Positions 50,166 to 54,150 of a DNA stretch of 54,150 nt are shown one piece after another. This stretch comes from an uncultured bacterium (GTDB taxonomy: Bacteria; Zixibacteria; MSB-5A5; JAABVY01; JAHJOQ01): positions 1 to 54,150 of the forward strand of contig CBDUQR010000016.1 in the NCBI GenBank assembly GCA_965369655.1, written 5' to 3'. The stretch's first letter is position 1. Every line of letters starts with the position of its first letter. A model generated the notes under the pieces. That model saw only the letters and a list, made by a program, of their open reading frames with translations, was not told the origin of the DNA and ran no database searches. Both the position numbers and the translations under genes were made by a program.

Positions 50166-51467
50166 ATGAGAACTGTAATTGCAATACTGTTGGTTTTGAC
50201 TCTGGCAGTGCCGGCCTCTGCTCGCCTGACCTATGATGCGCTGGTGCGTTCGGCGAGGATTTACCTCGGTCAGACCCCAACGGACTATGAGAATGCTCAG
50301 GCTAAGCTCGAAGAGGCGATCGAGACATTCCAGGACAAGCAACCCCTTGAAGCTTATATGCTCCTCGGCGCGCTTCATGCCGAGTTGGGGCGCTTCAAAG
50401 AAATGAATGAGAATTTCGATGCGGCGCTCGCTATCTGTACCGATCCGCAGGACAAGAAAGTGAAGAAGCGCTGCGAGAAAGAGAATGTCCTGAAGAACAT
50501 CGGGAATATCCGTCTGAGTGAATGGATCGAGCAGTTCAATGAAGGCGCTCAGATTCTTGGCGATGTGAGGGACCTGGAGAAGGAACTGGAAGAGCTCGTA
50601 ACGGAATTGGAAGAGGCTATCGAAGAGGGAGATGCCGAAGAGGACGAGATTGCGGATCTAAAAGATGAGACCGAGGCAATGGAGGAGGAGATCCAATCCA
50701 CATATCGTGAGGCATTGAGGCTATTCGTTAACTCCACCGGCATTTCTCCCGATTCCGCCCAGGGCTGGATCAATATGGGAATTAGCTACTACAATCTCGG
50801 AATAAAGGATTCTGCGATTCTGGCATACGAAAAGGCTACCGAATATCATCCCGACAACTTCGATTTGCTGTCCAACATGGCGACGATTCATTTCGAGTTG
50901 CAGGATTGGGATGCCTGCGAAAAGACATTCAGCAGGATGGCACTTCTTGAACCTGAGGATGTCGGCGTGCTCAAGAATCACGCGATGATCCTCAGGCAAC
51001 TCGAAATGAACGATTCCGCTCGTGTGATGATGGACAAAGTGCTTGAATTGGATCCAAATGATACAGAGATACACAGGCAGAGAGGTTTCGATGAGGTCAT
51101 CAAGGGAGCCGACATTAACGGGACCATGCTGGATCTCCGTCGCGAAGATGAGAAAGCTCACGCAGCTGAGATCGACAGCCTGATTAAGTTGAGAAACGAA
51201 GCATACAGTCAGGTGATCGAAGACTTCACTGTTGTCACGGCGAACGAGCCGTCAGATTTCGATGCCTGGTACTATCTTGGATTGAGCCATCGCCTGCTTG
51301 AACAGGACAATGAAGCGATTGCAGCATTCGAGCATGCTGTCGAAGTTAAGCCTGAGGAAGCCGACATCTGGGAACAGCTTGCTGTCCTGTATCTCAAGAT
51401 CGGGGAAAAACAGAAATCGGACAAGGCTCTCAAGACGGCTAATGAGTTGAAGTCCGACGACAACTAA
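50166..51467 (+). CDS. Exported tetratricopeptide repeat protein
   Basis: Signal peptide, multiple TPR motifs (AWYYLGL, WINMGI), GGAGG SD. Confidence 0.85.
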   Translation: MRTVIAILLVLTLAVPASARLTYDALVRSARIYLGQTPTDYENAQAKLEEAIETFQDKQPLEAYMLLGALHAELGRFKEMNENFDAALAICTDPQDKKVKKRCEKENVLKNIGNIRLSEWIEQFNEGAQILGDVRDLEKELEELVTELEEAIEEGDAEEDEIADLKDETEAMEEEIQSTYREALRLFVNSTGISPDSAQGWINMGISYYNLGIKDSAILAYEKATEYHPDNFDLLSNMATIHFELQDWDACEKTFSRMALLEPEDVGVLKNHAMILRQLEMNDSARVMMDKVLELDPNDTEIHRQRGFDEVIKGADINGTMLDLRREDEKAHAAEIDSLIKLRNEAYSQVIEDFTVVTANEPSDFDAWYYLGLSHRLLEQDNEAIAAFEHAVEVKPEEADIWEQLAVLYLKIGEKQKSDKALKTANELKSDDN

Positions 51468-51492
51468 TACGCTTCTTCTCAGAATTTATCAG

Positions 51493-51520
51493 GGCGGTGG
51501 AATTCCACCGCCTTTTTCTT
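51493..51520 (+). terminator. Intrinsic terminator after the TPR gene
   Basis: GGCGGTGG-AATT-CCACCGCC followed by TTTTTCTT. Confidence 0.85.
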
Positions 51521-51532
51521 TATATTCGCCTC

Positions 51533-53920
51533 GTGATTGCAGAACTATTTTTCACCAGCGGGCCACCGCATCCGCTTTCCTATCGAATCGAGTCATCACA
51601 TGCGTACCGGCTGGATGTCGGGTGCAGGGTGATCGCTCCGCTGCGCAGCAGGCATCTTGTGGGAGTGGTCTGGGCGCTGCGCGATGATCCGGAGACCGAG
51701 CGCGATCTCAAACCGATCGAGGAAATCCTCGACTGCCGACCGTTTCTCTCTCCGGAGCAGATCGAGTTCGCTGAGTGGATGGCTCGTTACTACTATGCAT
51801 CTCTTCCAGCGGTGCTGAGACTGTTTCTCCCCGGACTTCATACCAGGCCTGACAGGCTTACGGTGATTAAATCGGCGGAAGTTGCAGGTGATATCGACGA
51901 GACAGAGCGGGTTTATCTGGAGAATCTGTCGACCGACCGCCCGATAAAGGCGAAAGTGCTCAGATCGAGGCTCGGATCGCCGTCCGGTTTCTACCGGCAG
52001 CTTGACACGCTCGAATACAAGGGGTTGATCCATATAGGCGCGACATCGAAGAGGAGAGGGGCAAGTGTTTCACTGAAAGCGAGGCTGATAGCGGTGCCCG
52101 ACAAGATCGCCTCGCTTGGATCGAAACAGAGAAAGATTGTCTCTCTGCTACAGAAATCGCCACAGGGAATCAGGCTTCAGACATTATCGAAACGGCTGAA
52201 AGCATCGGGAGAATCGGTTCAGAGGCTGGTTGACAGGAAGATCGTCGAACTAGTTTCTCTCGATACATCTGTGTCGCATTCTCCGCAGGAGTTGATTCTC
52301 AACCGGGAGCAGATGGATGCTGCCGAGGCCGTAAGCCCATCCGTAACGAAAGGAGAGTTCGATGTGTTTCTCCTGCACGGCGTCACCGGCAGCGGCAAGA
52401 CAGAGGTGTATATCAGGCTCATCTGGGATGCAATCGAAAAAGGCAAGTCCGCCCTTCTGTTGCAGCCCGAGATAGCCCTCTCCGAACAAATCTATTCGAA
52501 ATTGCGGGAGCGCTTCGGGGATCGGGTCTGCCGTCTGCATTCAGGTCTCACTGACGCCGAGCGCTTCGAGACTTTCCGGAGAATCAGGCTGGGTCGGATT
52601 CGCATAGTCATCGGTCCGAGGTCCGCGATGTTCTCTCCACTGCGGGATATTGGAGTTGTGATCGTCGACGAGGAGCATGACCATTCATACAAGCAGGCCG
52701 GTTCCGCGCCGTACTATCAGGGAAGAGATGCTGCCGTGATGTTTGCGCGTATCTGCAGTTGCCCGGTTCTTCTCGGCTCGGCGACGCCATCGGCTGAGAG
52801 CTGGGGGAACGCCAGGAGTGGGAAGTACAAGCTGATTACGGTCACCGCTCGCTGGGATGACAAGGAACTGCCGGATATCAGGCTGATCGGTCACCAGCCT
52901 GATACCCCTCGCGCATCGCCGCTCTCATGGTATCTGGCTGAACGCATCTCTGACTGTCTTGATACGGGTGCGCAGGTCGTCCTGCTCATGAACCGTCGAG
53001 GTTTTTCGCCGACCGTGAAATGCCGGAATTGCAGACACACTTTCCATTGTCCGAACTGCGACATTGGGCTGGTTTTCCACAAGGGCAGGAATGAGATGCT
53101 CTGTCATCTCTGCGGCCACCGGGCCGCAATTGCCAAAGTCTGCCCTGAGTGTGGTGGGGTGAACATCGGTTACTACGGCGCAGGAACACAGAAGATTGAG
53201 GAGTATCTGCAAGAAGCATTTCCTGATGCAAAGCTTGGCAGGCTCGATGTCGATGTTGCCACCAGCGTGAAAGCGGCCGCAGGAGTCCTCGACAGCTTCA
53301 GGAGAGGGAAGACCGATATACTGGTGGGTACCCAGATGGTGGCGAAGGGATTCAATTTTCCAAACGTTCGGCTCGTCGGAATACTCTCTGCCGACACATC
53401 GTTGAGCCTTCCCGACTTCAGGGCAGCCGAGAGGACTCATGCCCTCATCTATCAGGCGGCAGGAAGAGCTGGGCGCGGGAAATTCAAGGGCGAGGTGATC
53501 GTTCAGGTCGAGTGCGAGGATGCGCCGCTGTTCATCGAGGAGGGCGAGATCGGATTCGCGTCATTTCTCGACAAGGAATTAGTAAGGCGCGAGGAGCTTG
53601 GCTATCCTCCGTTCAAGCACCTGATTCTGCTCAGGCTAAAGTCCGGTTCGGCTCGCAGGGTTGAGGAGGCCGCATTTGAGATGCAGAAGAGACTCACCGG
53701 TCAGCGTAAAGCCTATGAGTCATTCATGACAGTGCTTGGACCGTCTCCGGCGCCCTTTTTCAAGGTGAAGAACAACTACCGTTGGAGAGTCATGATAAAG
53801 ACCAGTTCAGTCTCATCGAGCCTCAAGTTTATGGATCAGTTCCTTTCGCAAAAACTGACTCGGTCATGCCTGAGGCAGATACACATCGTAGTCGATGTCG
53901 ATCCATACGATATGCTGTAG
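51533..53920 (+). CDS. priA: Primosomal protein N' (replication restart helicase)
   Basis: HGVTGSGKTEVY, DEEHD.SYKQ, GSATPS, NRRGF, four CxxC pairs, GTQMVAKG, GRAGR; the ORF-track start 51497 lies inside the terminator, so GTG 51533 is preferred. Confidence 0.95.
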   Translation: MIAELFFTSGPPHPLSYRIESSHAYRLDVGCRVIAPLRSRHLVGVVWALRDDPETERDLKPIEEILDCRPFLSPEQIEFAEWMARYYYASLPAVLRLFLPGLHTRPDRLTVIKSAEVAGDIDETERVYLENLSTDRPIKAKVLRSRLGSPSGFYRQLDTLEYKGLIHIGATSKRRGASVSLKARLIAVPDKIASLGSKQRKIVSLLQKSPQGIRLQTLSKRLKASGESVQRLVDRKIVELVSLDTSVSHSPQELILNREQMDAAEAVSPSVTKGEFDVFLLHGVTGSGKTEVYIRLIWDAIEKGKSALLLQPEIALSEQIYSKLRERFGDRVCRLHSGLTDAERFETFRRIRLGRIRIVIGPRSAMFSPLRDIGVVIVDEEHDHSYKQAGSAPYYQGRDAAVMFARICSCPVLLGSATPSAESWGNARSGKYKLITVTARWDDKELPDIRLIGHQPDTPRASPLSWYLAERISDCLDTGAQVVLLMNRRGFSPTVKCRNCRHTFHCPNCDIGLVFHKGRNEMLCHLCGHRAAIAKVCPECGGVNIGYYGAGTQKIEEYLQEAFPDAKLGRLDVDVATSVKAAAGVLDSFRRGKTDILVGTQMVAKGFNFPNVRLVGILSADTSLSLPDFRAAERTHALIYQAAGRAGRGKFKGEVIVQVECEDAPLFIEEGEIGFASFLDKELVRREELGYPPFKHLILLRLKSGSARRVEEAAFEMQKRLTGQRKAYESFMTVLGPSPAPFFKVKNNYRWRVMIKTSSVSSSLKFMDQFLSQKLTRSCLRQIHIVVDVDPYDML

Positions 53921-54150
53921 CTTCTCAAAGACAGTAGGTACCATGCTGTTCCACAAGGTTTGCAGGTGGACAAGTGAGCCAATGTTCACTATCTTTGCCC
54001 CGTGAGGTGACTATCTCTTGGAGCAACTGCGACCATGATTCAGACAGAATTCCTTAGTTGGCGGATGACGGTAGACATCGTTGTCTTGGCTTTCATATTA
54101 TAGCTGTTCTCAGAATAACTTTCCGATTGCTGTGGTTTTTTGGGTATGTT

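Noticed and set aside
1-54150. CRISPR array, integron attC array, prophage, intact transposase
   Set aside because: No regularly spaced repeats, no convincing attC sites, and no cas, integrase, transposase or phage structural genes seen

Overview
Bacterial chromosomal window, probably from a diderm FCB-related anaerobe. Zixibacteria-like is an inference from the C-terminal 'CGDxNxSG.VDIDD..YL..YIF.GGP.PC' dockerin-like tails and a SprA homologue. The left half (1-26 kb) is mostly accessory and metabolic. It has a C69 dipeptidase, then an AT-richer patch with island-end scars, a tiny CCCH Zn-finger ORF and a two-gene membrane protein + P-loop nucleotide kinase unit. Next come LysE, an ALDH7-type dehydrogenase and a four-gene MttB / MetH-reactivation / corrinoid / homocysteine-methyltransferase cluster. 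These are followed by tRNA-Thr with an abutting pentapeptide-TIR gene, three secreted dockerin-tailed proteins plus a dockerin pseudogene, a PSRP regulator, tRNA-Tyr, nth, a GIY-YIG-like gene and two paralogous beta-barrels. The intergenic DNA contains a nested repeat system: REP-like palindromes, MITEs inserted at a fixed site in them, and a recurrent 21-24 nt micro-insert that interrupts several unrelated palindromes. The right half is a 22 kb minus-strand housekeeping run (recG, murB, sprA, M28/QC-like, comEA, PilM-like, rsmD, coaD, lysS, lolCE, lolD, mcsA, mcsB, clpC, rpmA, fumarate hydratase alpha/beta), then DUF4139, a TPR protein and priA on the plus strand. All calls come from motif recognition by eye; no searches were run.
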